Assembly: GCA_041389885.1 (NCBI GenBank)
Contig: JAWKRB010000021.1
Span: 56,842-120,841, forward strand
Length of the DNA stretch: 64,000 nucleotides
Origin: Polyangiales bacterium
Lineage (GTDB): Bacteria; Myxococcota_A; Polyangia; Polyangiales; Ga0077539
Reading direction: 5' to 3'
Below the pieces are notes generated by a model, which saw only the letters and a program-made list of their open reading frames with translations, ran no database searches and was not told the origin of the DNA. Positions 26,275 to 34,934 of the stretch are shown piece after piece (positions within the stretch are counted from its first letter, which is position 1; the number at the start of each line of letters is the position of its first letter). The position numbers and the translations under genes are program-made.

Positions 26275-27831
26275 TCACGCCGCGGCGTCCTCGGAGCGCG
26301 CGAAGAGCGCGTCGACGAAATCGTCGGCGTCGAACTCGCGCAGGTCTGCGCTCTTCTCTCCGACCCCGATGAAGCGCACCGGGAGCTTGAACTCCTCGGC
26401 CACGGCCAGGATGACCCCGCCCTTGGCGGTGCCGTCGAGCTTGGTGAGCACCACGCCCGAGAGCTTGATCGAGTCGCTGAACTCACGCGCCTGGCTGATG
26501 GCGTTCTGCCCCGTGGTCGCGTCGAGCACCAGGAGGGTCTCGTGCGGCGCGCCGGGGAGGGCCTTGGCGCAGGAGTCGTGGATCTTGCGGAGCTCTTCCA
26601 TCAGCGGCGCCTTGGTCTGCAGCCGCCCGGCGGTGTCGGCGAGGATCACGTCTACGCCGTCGCGGGCGCCCTGCTGCAGCGCCTCGAAGATCACCGCGCT
26701 GGGCTTCGCGCCGTCTTTGCCCTTGTAGATCTGCACGCCGATGCGACGCGCCCACATCTCCAGCTGCTGCACCGCCGCCGCGCGGAACGTGTCGCCCGCC
26801 GCCAGGAGGACCTTCTTGCCCTCTTCCTTGTAGCGGTCGGCCAGCTTCGCGATGGTGGTGGTCTTGCCCGCGCCGTTGACGCCCACCATCAAGATCACCA
26901 GCGGCCCCGACGCGGCCCTCGCGCCGAAGCCCGCCGCGTCGGTCTTCAACATCGCCCGCGCGTCTTCTTTCAGCGCGTCCCACGCCTTGCCGTCGTCGAG
27001 GAGCTCCTTGCGCGCCATGCGCGCCTTGAGCGACTCCACCAGGCGTGCGGTCGCCCCGGCGCCGATGTCGCCGGTGAGCATGGTCTCTTCGATCTCCTCG
27101 ATGAGCCCGAGGTCGATCTCCTTCTTGCCCCCGAACACGTCGAAGAGCCGCTGCATCCAGCCCTTGCGGGTCTGGGTGAGCCCGGTCTTGAGCGCGGTGA
27201 GGTCCTTCGGCGCCGCCTTGGCCGCGGGCGCCGCCTTCGGGGCCTCGGGGGCCTTCGCCTCGGGGGCCTTCGCCTCGGGGGCCGCGGGCGTCTCGACCTT
27301 CGCCTCGGGGGCCGCGGGCGTCTCGACCTTCGCCTCGGGGGCCGCGGGCGTCTCGACCTTCGCCTCCGGGGCCTTCGCCTCGGGCGCCGCGGGCGTCTCG
27401 ACCTTCGCCTCGGGGGCCTTCGCCTCGGGCTGCTCGGTCGCTTCGGTCTGCTTGGCCCGGGGCGTCTCGGCGAGGGTGGTCTTGATCGACGCGTCGGCCT
27501 GCGCGGACCGGGCCTTCTCGGCCTTCTCGGCCTTCGCCTTGGCCTTCTCGGCCCTGGCCTTGGCCTTGCCGCTCTTGGGCTCAGGCTTCTCGGCCTTCGC
27601 CGCGGGCTTCTCGGCCTTCGCCTCGGGCTTCTCAGCCTTCGCCTCGGGCTTCTCGGCCTTCGCCGCGGGCGCGCTGGACCCGGTCTCTTCAGCCCCCGCG
27701 GACGCCTTCGTCGAGGGCTCGGGCAGCTTCTCGAGGTCCTCGCTCGGAGGCAGGAGGGGCTTCTCGCGCATGACGAAGTACGCCACCGCGATCAGGACAA
27801 CGAGAACGACGACGATCAGGACGGGCGTCAT
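26275..27831 (-). CDS. ftsY: Signal recognition particle receptor with a TM anchor and a repeat-expanded acidic/Lys-rich A domain
   Basis: GVNGAGKTTTIAKLA, DTAGRLQ and TKLDGTAKGG are present. The N-terminal TM is VLIVVVLVVLIAVAYFV. Confidence 0.92.
   Translation of the reverse strand: MTPVLIVVVLVVLIAVAYFVMREKPLLPPSEDLEKLPEPSTKASAGAEETGSSAPAAKAEKPEAKAEKPEAKAEKPAAKAEKPEPKSGKAKARAEKAKAKAEKAEKARSAQADASIKTTLAETPRAKQTEATEQPEAKAPEAKVETPAAPEAKAPEAKVETPAAPEAKVETPAAPEAKVETPAAPEAKAPEAKAPEAPKAAPAAKAAPKDLTALKTGLTQTRKGWMQRLFDVFGGKKEIDLGLIEEIEETMLTGDIGAGATARLVESLKARMARKELLDDGKAWDALKEDARAMLKTDAAGFGARAASGPLVILMVGVNGAGKTTTIAKLADRYKEEGKKVLLAAGDTFRAAAVQQLEMWARRIGVQIYKGKDGAKPSAVIFEALQQGARDGVDVILADTAGRLQTKAPLMEELRKIHDSCAKALPGAPHETLLVLDATTGQNAISQAREFSDSIKLSGVVLTKLDGTAKGGVILAVAEEFKLPVRFIGVGEKSADLREFDADDFVDALFARSEDAAA
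27241..27430 (-). repeat. Coding tandem repeats with a 30-bp unit, exact 3x at 27271-27360, encoding PEAKVETPAA
   Basis: The unit cgcctcgggggccgcgggcgtctcgacctt is repeated exactly three times, with degenerate flanking copies. Confidence 0.8.
27584..27667 (-). repeat. Coding tandem repeat of 4 x 21 bp encoding KAEKP(E/A)A
   Basis: Four consecutive ggcttctc(g/a)gccttcgcc(g/t)cg units. Confidence 0.8.
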
Positions 27832-27915
27832 GAGAGGCTACGCCTCCTCCATGTGCAACGCAGACAGGGTTACGCCCGAGGGCGGCGCGACTCTATGGCG
27901 GGACGATTCAGCGCG

Positions 27916-29604
27916 TCAACGCCGTTCCTGCATCGCAGAAGCGCCCGCGGCGCGCGCGGCGTCGGCGATGTCGTCGGCCGCGCGGAGCTCGTCGGGCCCT
28001 GGTGGACGCGGGCCGTAGCACCCCCGCTCGACCATCCCCACCAGCGGTCGGAGCGCGGCGTCGGCGCCCCCGCCCCGGGTCAGCTCCCTCGGCGTGGGCA
28101 GCGCGTCGGCCCGCCGCGCCGACTCGAGCCACGGGCGCAGCCGCGCGAAGAGCGCCTCGCGCCACGTCTGCATCGCCACCTGCACCCGGTACTCCCCCGG
28201 CTCGGGCAGGGGCACCTGCAGCGCGCGCGGCGCGAAGCCCTCGGCCTGGAGCGAGAGCTGACACGCCCCCTTCGCGCCCCCATACGCCAGCGGCGCGTTC
28301 GACACCTCGACCCAGGCCCCGTCGTCGACGCGCGCGCGCGCGCCCCGCACCGCGCCCCCCGTCGCGCGGTCGACCACCACCACCCGCAGCGTGATCCCCG
28401 CCGCCGCCGGCCGCGCGACCCGGAGCACCTGGTCGACCCCGACGCGCGGCGCCTCGGGGTCCACGGGCGGATCGATCTCCTTGCGCCGCAGGGAGATCCA
28501 GCCCACGCCGAGGGCGGCGAGGAGCAGCGGCGCGGCGCCCCAGGCCCAGTGAATCGGCGGCGGCGGCGGCGGGGTGACCTCGAGCTCGGGGCTCTCCGAG
28601 GCGATGAACCACGGCTCGGTGGGCTCGAACACGGCCCGCACCGAGAGCCCGGCCTCGCTCAGGACCTCGGGGCCGAGGCGCACGCGAAAGTGCCCCTGGT
28701 CGTCGGCGCGCGCGGCGGCCAGGGTGCGCTCTCCGCGGTTGACCCGCAGCGCGGCGCCCGGCACCGGCGCGCCCCCCGCGAGGACCACCGCGCCGTGGAG
28801 CCACGCGCCCTCGCGCTCGTCTGCCTCGGCGTCTTCGCGCAGCAGCGAGACGGCGGTGCGCGCGCGCACGAGGAGCTCGCGCCCGGCGCCCTCGACGACG
28901 CGTCCGCGGCCCAGGTCCACCCGCGGCACGATGCGCGCCGCGCCCGGCGCGCCGAAGCGCGTCACGGGGAACACCAGCGACACCCTCCCCGCCGCGTCGG
29001 TCGCCCCCGCGGCGAGGGGGCGCCGCCGCCCCGACGCGTCGAGCACCTGCGAGAGCTCCACCGCGAGCCTCGCGGGGGAGAGCGTCTGCACCTCGCCCAC
29101 GCGCACCGTCACGATGGCCTCGACCGAGCCCTCGCCCAGGGTCACGCCCTCGCCCGGCAGCAGCAGGTCGGCGGTGACGAAGGGCGCGTCGAAATCGACG
29201 TCGATCTCGCCGCGCGCGGAGGCGGCGGTGCTGTCTCCCGCGAAGGTCCCGCTCACCCGCACCCGCCGCGAGCGCCCCACGTCGAGGCGCGCGACGCCGT
29301 CGCCGTTGTCGTCGGTGCGCAGCTCCTCCGCGCGCTCGCCCTGCCCCTCGGGGCGAAACCGCAGCGAGACCGCGCGCCGCGCGAGGGGCGCGCCCCGGTC
29401 GTCGCGGAGGTGCACCCGGACCGTCAGCGCCGACGTGCCCGCGGGCACCGCGGGGTCGAGGCGAAGCTCCGACGCGGCCACGACGTTCAGTCGGTACGCC
29501 TCGGCAGGGGCGCTGCGCAGGGTCGCGAGGCTCACGATCGCGGCGGTGAGGGTGCGCACCAGAGGGTCCTCGCTGACTCTGCACGCGCGCTCGACGCAGA
29601 GCAA
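27916..29604 (-). CDS. Large envelope protein with Ig/carboxypeptidase-regulatory-like beta repeats, one internal TM helix and a cytoplasmic C-terminal domain
   Basis: GC3 is strong. The TM is WAWGAAPLLLAALGVGWISL. Repeated motifs are D(D/A)xGxxR(V/L). As I recall, the C-terminal TPRELT...ERGCYGP resembles DUF4129. The track start is TTG 29604. GTG 29559 (VRTLTAAIVSLATL) gives a better signal peptide. Confidence 0.65.
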   Translation of the reverse strand: MLCVERACRVSEDPLVRTLTAAIVSLATLRSAPAEAYRLNVVAASELRLDPAVPAGTSALTVRVHLRDDRGAPLARRAVSLRFRPEGQGERAEELRTDDNGDGVARLDVGRSRRVRVSGTFAGDSTAASARGEIDVDFDAPFVTADLLLPGEGVTLGEGSVEAIVTVRVGEVQTLSPARLAVELSQVLDASGRRRPLAAGATDAAGRVSLVFPVTRFGAPGAARIVPRVDLGRGRVVEGAGRELLVRARTAVSLLREDAEADEREGAWLHGAVVLAGGAPVPGAALRVNRGERTLAAARADDQGHFRVRLGPEVLSEAGLSVRAVFEPTEPWFIASESPELEVTPPPPPPIHWAWGAAPLLLAALGVGWISLRRKEIDPPVDPEAPRVGVDQVLRVARPAAAGITLRVVVVDRATGGAVRGARARVDDGAWVEVSNAPLAYGGAKGACQLSLQAEGFAPRALQVPLPEPGEYRVQVAMQTWREALFARLRPWLESARRADALPTPRELTRGGGADAALRPLVGMVERGCYGPRPPGPDELRAADDIADAARAAGASAMQERR

Positions 29605-29659
29605 TCGCCTCGCCGATTCTCATCGCGTAGAGTGCCCCGCCAGGGGACCCGGCCCATCG

Positions 29660-30436
29660 ATGCAGACCGACACCAGCTCGCTACGCCCGAAGCGGAGGAT
29701 CCGAAATTTCCTCCTCGACCCGCAGTTTCAGCTCCGCTACGCGGGCCTCCTCGCAGGCTCGGCGGGCGCGCTGCTGATGCTCCTCGGCTCCGTCGTCGCG
29801 TCGACCAGCACCATGGCGATCAACGAGGCCCGCGCGTCCACCGAGCTCGCGACCCTCGCCGTCGAGCAGGCCGCCCGCGCCGTCGCCGAGGGCGAGGCCA
29901 GCGCGCGGGTGCTGCGCCTGCACCAGCTCTCGCTCACCGAGCCCGACAGCGCCGCGGCGAGGGCCATCGAGGCCGAGCTCACCCGCGTCGACACCACCGC
30001 GCGGGGCGAGCTCGAGCGGGTGCGGGGCCTTCGGCAGCGCGCCGTGCTCCAGCGCGCCCGCGTCGAGGCGCTGCGCCCCCGGCTGCTCGTGTGGATCTTC
30101 GCCTCGGGCGTGGCCTTCGTGCTCGGCCTCGCCGCCATCGGGATCATCATCACGCACCGCGTGGTGGGCCCCGCGTGGCGCATGCGGCGGCTCCTCGCCA
30201 AGGTGGGCACGGGGGTGTTTCGCGTCGATGAGCGGCTGCGCAAGGGCGACGAGCTGGGCTCGCTCTTCGACTCCTTCGTGGCGATGGTCGACGCCCTGCG
30301 CCGAGCGCGCGAGGACGAGCTCGCCGAGCTCGACCGGGCGATCGCGCGGGTCGACGCGGGCTCGCCCGCCATGACCGCCCTTCAGGCGCTGAGGCGCAGG
30401 GTGCGCGCGCGGCTCAGCGACGCCCCGCCCGCTTGA
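29660..30436 (+). CDS. Two-TM membrane protein with a HAMP domain and no output domain
   Basis: The ATG at 29660 was confirmed. TM1 is LLAGSAGALLMLLGSVVAS and TM2 is LLVWIFASGVAFVLGLAAIGIII. The HAMP-like segment is THRVVGPAWRMRRLLAKVGTG...DELGSLFDSFVAMVDAL. The protein ends about 45 aa later. Confidence 0.75.
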   Translation: MQTDTSSLRPKRRIRNFLLDPQFQLRYAGLLAGSAGALLMLLGSVVASTSTMAINEARASTELATLAVEQAARAVAEGEASARVLRLHQLSLTEPDSAAARAIEAELTRVDTTARGELERVRGLRQRAVLQRARVEALRPRLLVWIFASGVAFVLGLAAIGIIITHRVVGPAWRMRRLLAKVGTGVFRVDERLRKGDELGSLFDSFVAMVDALRRAREDELAELDRAIARVDAGSPAMTALQALRRRVRARLSDAPPA

Positions 30437-31175
30437 GGGCGCCGTCTGCGTCGAAGGAGAAGGGCCCGTTGGGGAGCCTCGGGAGCACCGCCGCGACCTT
30501 CTCGCGGGCGGCCTCGCTGCACGGCCAGCCGCGCTCGTGGAGCCCGTCGGCGAGGGTGGTCTTGATGCGCATCGAGTCCTCGCGGGCGAGGAGCTCGAGG
30601 AGCGCGTCGGCGGTCGAGGGCGCGTCCTGCGCGAGGATCGTGCGCACGGTGTGAAAGCGCGCGTCTTCGCTCACGTCGTCGAGGAAGGGCAGCAGCGCGT
30701 CGGCGACGCGGGGGTCTTGCAGCTCCTCGAGGGCGATGATCGCCTGGATCTTTCGCTCGGGGTTCTTCTGATAGTTCGTGTCCTCCCGCGAGAGGATGTC
30801 GACCATCTCGCTCACGAACTCCTCTTCGGACACCAGCGCGCGGAGCATCTTCAGCGGCCAGTTCACCGAGTTGGTCTTGAGCAGGTACTCCTTCACGGGC
30901 CCGACGGCGGACTCGCCCGCGTTCGAGATCGCCTCGAGGATGTACCCCTTCTCCTCGCGGTCGGTGATCGTCGGGTCGACGGTGAAGTTGTACCTGGGGA
31001 GCAGCGCGCGCCAGGCCTCCTCGGTGCCCAGGCGACAGAGGTACTCGATCGACGCGAAGCGGTCGGGGCTCATCGCCCGCTTGTCGAGAACCCGCTCCGC
31101 GTGGCGCAGCAGCGCCTTCTCCTGGGCGTCGCCTGAGGCGCCGCCCTTAGCCTTGAAGAAATCAAAGAGTCCCAT
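30414..31175 (-). CDS. HEAT/armadillo-like repeat protein
   Basis: All-helical repeats include AIIALEELQDPRVADALLPFLDDVSEDARFHTVRTIL. GC is lower than in neighbours but the frame is clean. The 3' end overlaps the convergent gene by 23 nt. Confidence 0.75.
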   Translation of the reverse strand: MGLFDFFKAKGGASGDAQEKALLRHAERVLDKRAMSPDRFASIEYLCRLGTEEAWRALLPRYNFTVDPTITDREEKGYILEAISNAGESAVGPVKEYLLKTNSVNWPLKMLRALVSEEEFVSEMVDILSREDTNYQKNPERKIQAIIALEELQDPRVADALLPFLDDVSEDARFHTVRTILAQDAPSTADALLELLAREDSMRIKTTLADGLHERGWPCSEAAREKVAAVLPRLPNGPFSFDADGALKRAGRR

Positions 31176-31229
31176 CTGTCCTCGGTGTCAGGCGGCGCGC
31201 GCGGAGGGTCGCCGCTGGAAGGGTGCGTC

Positions 31230-32348
31230 TCAGGAGCTGCCCTCGCCCTGGTCCTCGTCGTCGACGGAGCCCAGGAGCTGGTTGACGCGGTAGATCACCC
31301 CGCCGAGCTCCTCGTGTTCAACCTGGATGCGGTGGTGGGGATTCCCGTTGATCACCTGCAGCAGCCCGTCTTCGATCTGCTCGATGGGCTTCTGGAGGTA
31401 GAGCGCGAGGTAGAGGTTGTACGCCGTCACCAGCAGCACCCCGAGGAGCGTCGCGAGGAGCACCGGGGCCGCGACGTCGGTCGCCGGCGCGCGGGCCTGC
31501 GTGAGGCTGCGGAGCACCACCGCGCCGCCGACCCGGCCGTCACTCGCGCCGGGCATGGGCATCGCGGCGAGGCGGTACTCCTGACCGCCCAGGGTGAGCG
31601 TGTGGCGCGTGCGCGCGCCGAAGAGGTTGGCGCCCTGCGCGCCGAGCCAGCGGCTGAGCTGCTCCTTCTCGGCCTGCTGCCCCACCGAGAGCGACTGCAC
31701 CGTGAAGCGCTCGCCCTCGCGGAACACGTACCCCACGCCCACGCCCACGCGGCTCGCGTCGTTGCGCGCGGCGCTGTCGGCCGGGGTGAAGCCCACGAGG
31801 AGGGCGCCGCGGGGGTGCCCCTCGCCCATCACCGGGACCACCGCGACCTCGAACCAGCTCTGCTCGCTGTAGTGAATGTAGTCGCGCACCTTCGCGCCGC
31901 GAGGGCCCGTGAGCGCGCGCGCCACGGCGGGGAACTGCCCGCGGAGGTCGCGGTTCACGTCCTGGTTGCGCTCGACGTTGCGGGCGATCACCCGCCCCGC
32001 GTCGTCGATGACGGCCACGAGGTCGGCGGGGCGGTTACGCCCCGGGAGGCGCGCGTAGGCCCGCGCCTGCTGCTCGGCGAAGGCGAAGGCCGCGTCGCGG
32101 CGGGCGCTCTCGCTCTCCTGCGCGAAGACCGCCGCGAGCTCGGGAGACGCCGCGCCGACCTCCACCGCGTCGAGGAGCGCCTCGCCGGCCTGATCGCGCA
32201 CCGCCGCCAGGAGTTGCACGCCGCGGTCGACGGAGGGGTCGATGTCGACGACGAGCGCCTCGGCGGCGTTGTTGAACGCCAGCCTCCAACCCACCAGGCC
32301 GACGATGAGCACGGCGATGAGGTTTCCGATCAGCAGCTTCCAACGCAT
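31230..32348 (-). CDS. Membrane sensor-like protein with a ~290-aa periplasmic domain and a HAMP domain, but no output domain
   Basis: The ATG at 32348 (MRWKLLIGNLIAVLIVGLVGW) was confirmed. The second TM is VAAPVLLATLLGVLLVTAYNLYLALYL. The HAMP-like segment is QKPIEQIEDGLLQVINGNPHHRI...ELGGVIYRVNQLLG. The protein ends in an acidic tail. Confidence 0.8.
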   Translation of the reverse strand: MRWKLLIGNLIAVLIVGLVGWRLAFNNAAEALVVDIDPSVDRGVQLLAAVRDQAGEALLDAVEVGAASPELAAVFAQESESARRDAAFAFAEQQARAYARLPGRNRPADLVAVIDDAGRVIARNVERNQDVNRDLRGQFPAVARALTGPRGAKVRDYIHYSEQSWFEVAVVPVMGEGHPRGALLVGFTPADSAARNDASRVGVGVGYVFREGERFTVQSLSVGQQAEKEQLSRWLGAQGANLFGARTRHTLTLGGQEYRLAAMPMPGASDGRVGGAVVLRSLTQARAPATDVAAPVLLATLLGVLLVTAYNLYLALYLQKPIEQIEDGLLQVINGNPHHRIQVEHEELGGVIYRVNQLLGSVDDEDQGEGSS

Positions 32349-32545
32349 CCTAAGGCTCCGCTCCGGGGTGATGAGTACCCCATAGGACCAGGTGCCCGTC
32401 GTCGGTCTGAGAGAAGCTTCGCTCTCCCCTCGGACGATCCGCTGACCCCAGCGGAAACCCCCTGGCGCACGGCAGGCGATGGCGATACTGAACGTCGCAG
32501 GTAACACCCGCGTCGATCGCAGGTCAAGACGCACCTGGAGCCCTC

Positions 32546-33610
32546 ATGCACGGTGAATCTCGCAGCGCGGCGAGGATGATCGCGTACACCGACCCTCGCT
32601 TCGCCGAGCACGCGCCGCTCGGATTTCACCCCGAGCGCCCCGAACGCCTCGCCAGCGCCGAGCGGGGCCTCGCCCGGGCCCGGGGGTCGATCGCCGAGAG
32701 CGTCGACGGTGTGACCCGCAGCGCCACCCGCGAGGAGCTGGAGCGGGTGCACAGCCCGCGGCACCTCGACCGCCTCGAGTCGGTGCTCCTCGACCGCGGC
32801 GCGGGCTTTCTCGACGGGGACACCTACTACGGCCCGCACTCGCGCCGGGCGGCCTGGCTCGCGGCGGGCTCGGGCTGCGCGATGGTCGAGGCGCTGCTGC
32901 GCGGCGAGGCCGACGTGGGCGTGCTCCTCGCGCGCCCGCCGGGGCACCACGCGACCCGCGACCGGGCGATGGGCTTCTGCCTGCTCAACAACATCGCCGT
33001 GGCCGCCGCGCACGCGCGCTTCCTGGGCGCGCGCCGCGTCGCCGTGGTCGACTGGGACGTGCACCACGGCAACGGCACGCAAGACATCTTCTACGCCGAC
33101 CCCTCGGTGCTCTTCGTCTCGCTCCACGAGTCGCCGCTCTACCCCGACAGCGGGTTCACCCAGGAGCTCGGCGAGGGCGACGGCCGGGGGACGACCGTGA
33201 ACATCCCCCTCCCCGCGGGCAGCGACGGCGGCGCCTACGCCCTGGCCTTCGAGCGCGTGGTGCTCCCGGTGCTGCACGAGTGGGCGCCCGACCTGCTGCT
33301 GATCTCCGCGGGCTTCGACGCCCACGCCCGCGACCCCCTCGCGAACATGCGCCTCGAGGAGCCCGACTACCGCTGGATGGCCGCGCGGCTCCGCGAGGTG
33401 GCCGCCGCGCACGGCGCGGGGCGCGTGGGGATGTTCCTCGAGGGCGGGTATGACCTGGGCGCGCTGGAGCGCAGCGTCGAGGCGGCGGCGCTCGGGCTGA
33501 TGTCGCCCTACCCCCGCAAGCACCCGCGCTCCAGCGACGAGGCCAGCACCGAGGCCGCGCTCTACCGCGTCGTCGCCGCCCAGCGCCCGTACTGGAAGCA
33601 CCTTCGCTGA
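32546..33610 (+). CDS. Histone deacetylase-family (class II HDAC / acetylpolyamine amidohydrolase-like) protein
   Basis: PPGHHA and DWDVHHGNGTQDIFY are present. GGAG lies upstream of ATG 32546. An alternative start is ATG 32576 (MIAYTDP). Confidence 0.88.
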   Translation: MHGESRSAARMIAYTDPRFAEHAPLGFHPERPERLASAERGLARARGSIAESVDGVTRSATREELERVHSPRHLDRLESVLLDRGAGFLDGDTYYGPHSRRAAWLAAGSGCAMVEALLRGEADVGVLLARPPGHHATRDRAMGFCLLNNIAVAAAHARFLGARRVAVVDWDVHHGNGTQDIFYADPSVLFVSLHESPLYPDSGFTQELGEGDGRGTTVNIPLPAGSDGGAYALAFERVVLPVLHEWAPDLLLISAGFDAHARDPLANMRLEEPDYRWMAARLREVAAAHGAGRVGMFLEGGYDLGALERSVEAAALGLMSPYPRKHPRSSDEASTEAALYRVVAAQRPYWKHLR

Positions 33611-33641
33611 CACCGATCTCCCTGCGCCGCAGGGGGATCGA

Positions 33642-34934
33642 TCACATCCCGCGGAGGGCGTTGCGGAGCCAGACGATCTTCCACGACCCCGCGAAGCCGG
33701 CCATGAGCCAGGGGTCGCGGGCCATGAGGGCGCGGGTGATGGTCCCGGCGCGGTTGTAGTCGGCGCCGCCGGTGAGCATCACGTAGGCGCCGCCGCCGGG
33801 GGCCTCGCGCACGTCCCAGCGGTGGGAGACGTCGGCGAAGTCACCGCTCAGACCGACGTGCCGCACGACGAAGCCCTCAGACTCGACGCGCTGCTCGCCC
33901 TCGAGCCGCACCAGCGGGTTCTCCACCACCGAGCGGAACCGCGTGCTCCCCGCGGGGTCGCCGGGCTGCGAGGGGATCACCTCGACCTCGCGCATCGAGC
34001 CCCACACCGATCCGTAGTGCGCGACGTCGTTCAGCCGCGCGAGCACCCGCTGCGGCGAGGCGTCGGTGTGCCCCGCGACGGTGACCTGCACCACCGCGCC
34101 CTCGGCGTTGAGCCGCGTCGAGACCACCGTCGCCTCGCGAGAGAGCGCGAGCCACGGGCCGTCTTCGGGGGGGCTGAGCTCGCCCGGCGCGGCGATGCCC
34201 TCGGCGGGGCGCGCCGCCGTCGCGAGGCCCGCGACGATCTCCGCGCGGCGCGAGGCGCCGAGGGCGAGCACGGTGTCGACGGAGATGTTCATCCCCGCGA
34301 TGGCCGCGGGCGAGCGCCGCGCGACGAGGCGCAGGAGCCAGTGACCCTGCGAGGGGTCGCCCCAGGTCGAGAGCCCGATCACGGTGCCGCCCTCGTCGGG
34401 TACGATGTCCCAGCGCGACGCGCCGGGGCCGATCTCAGACTCGATGACGTCGACGTCGACCCGACGCGGAGAGGCCGAGCGCATCGCGCAGAGCGCGGTC
34501 ACGTCGAAGAGCGGCGCGGCGACGTGAAAGCGAAAGCCGGTGCGGTTGGCGTGCCGCGACAGCACGTCGACGCCGCGGAGGATCGGCATGAAGGTCCCGT
34601 ACTCCCCCGGCGTGGTGATCACCCGGTGCACGACCTCGGGGGGCGCGGCGCTGCGGGTCACGAAGGTGATCCTGGCGTCGCGCCCGCCGTCGGGGTTTCG
34701 CACGAGGGAGGCGGGGCCGCGCGCGAGGAGCGGGCGCAGGGCCGCGAGGTCCGTGGGAGAGAGCCCCGTGAGCGTGGGCGACTCGGCCGGGGGCGCGGCG
34801 GGGGGCGGCGCGTCTCGCTCGCTCGCGGTCGGCGACGCGACGCGCGCGGGCGCGGGCGACGACGCGCGCTGGGTGGCGCAGGCGCAGAGCGCGGCCGCGA
34901 GCGCGACGGTCTTGACGGAGCCGCGTGGGTTCAT
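33642..34934 (-). CDS. Lipoprotein with two SRPBCC/START-like domains
   Basis: The signal and lipobox are MNPRGSVKTVALAAALCAC. There are two ~150-aa halves with a similar pattern. An alternative start is ATG 34952. Confidence 0.7.
   Translation of the reverse strand: MNPRGSVKTVALAAALCACATQRASSPAPARVASPTASERDAPPPAAPPAESPTLTGLSPTDLAALRPLLARGPASLVRNPDGGRDARITFVTRSAAPPEVVHRVITTPGEYGTFMPILRGVDVLSRHANRTGFRFHVAAPLFDVTALCAMRSASPRRVDVDVIESEIGPGASRWDIVPDEGGTVIGLSTWGDPSQGHWLLRLVARRSPAAIAGMNISVDTVLALGASRRAEIVAGLATAARPAEGIAAPGELSPPEDGPWLALSREATVVSTRLNAEGAVVQVTVAGHTDASPQRVLARLNDVAHYGSVWGSMREVEVIPSQPGDPAGSTRFRSVVENPLVRLEGEQRVESEGFVVRHVGLSGDFADVSHRWDVREAPGGGAYVMLTGGADYNRAGTITRALMARDPWLMAGFAGSWKIVWLRNALRGM

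Noticed and set aside
26542-30231. 1229-aa plus-strand ORF, the longest in the track, and the 28574-30436 ORF 5' part
   Set aside because: It is antisense to ftsY and to the 562-aa envelope protein, with an extremely Arg/Gly/Leu/Pro-rich product. Only the last 258 codons of 28574-30436, from ATG 29660, form a plausible TM-HAMP protein.
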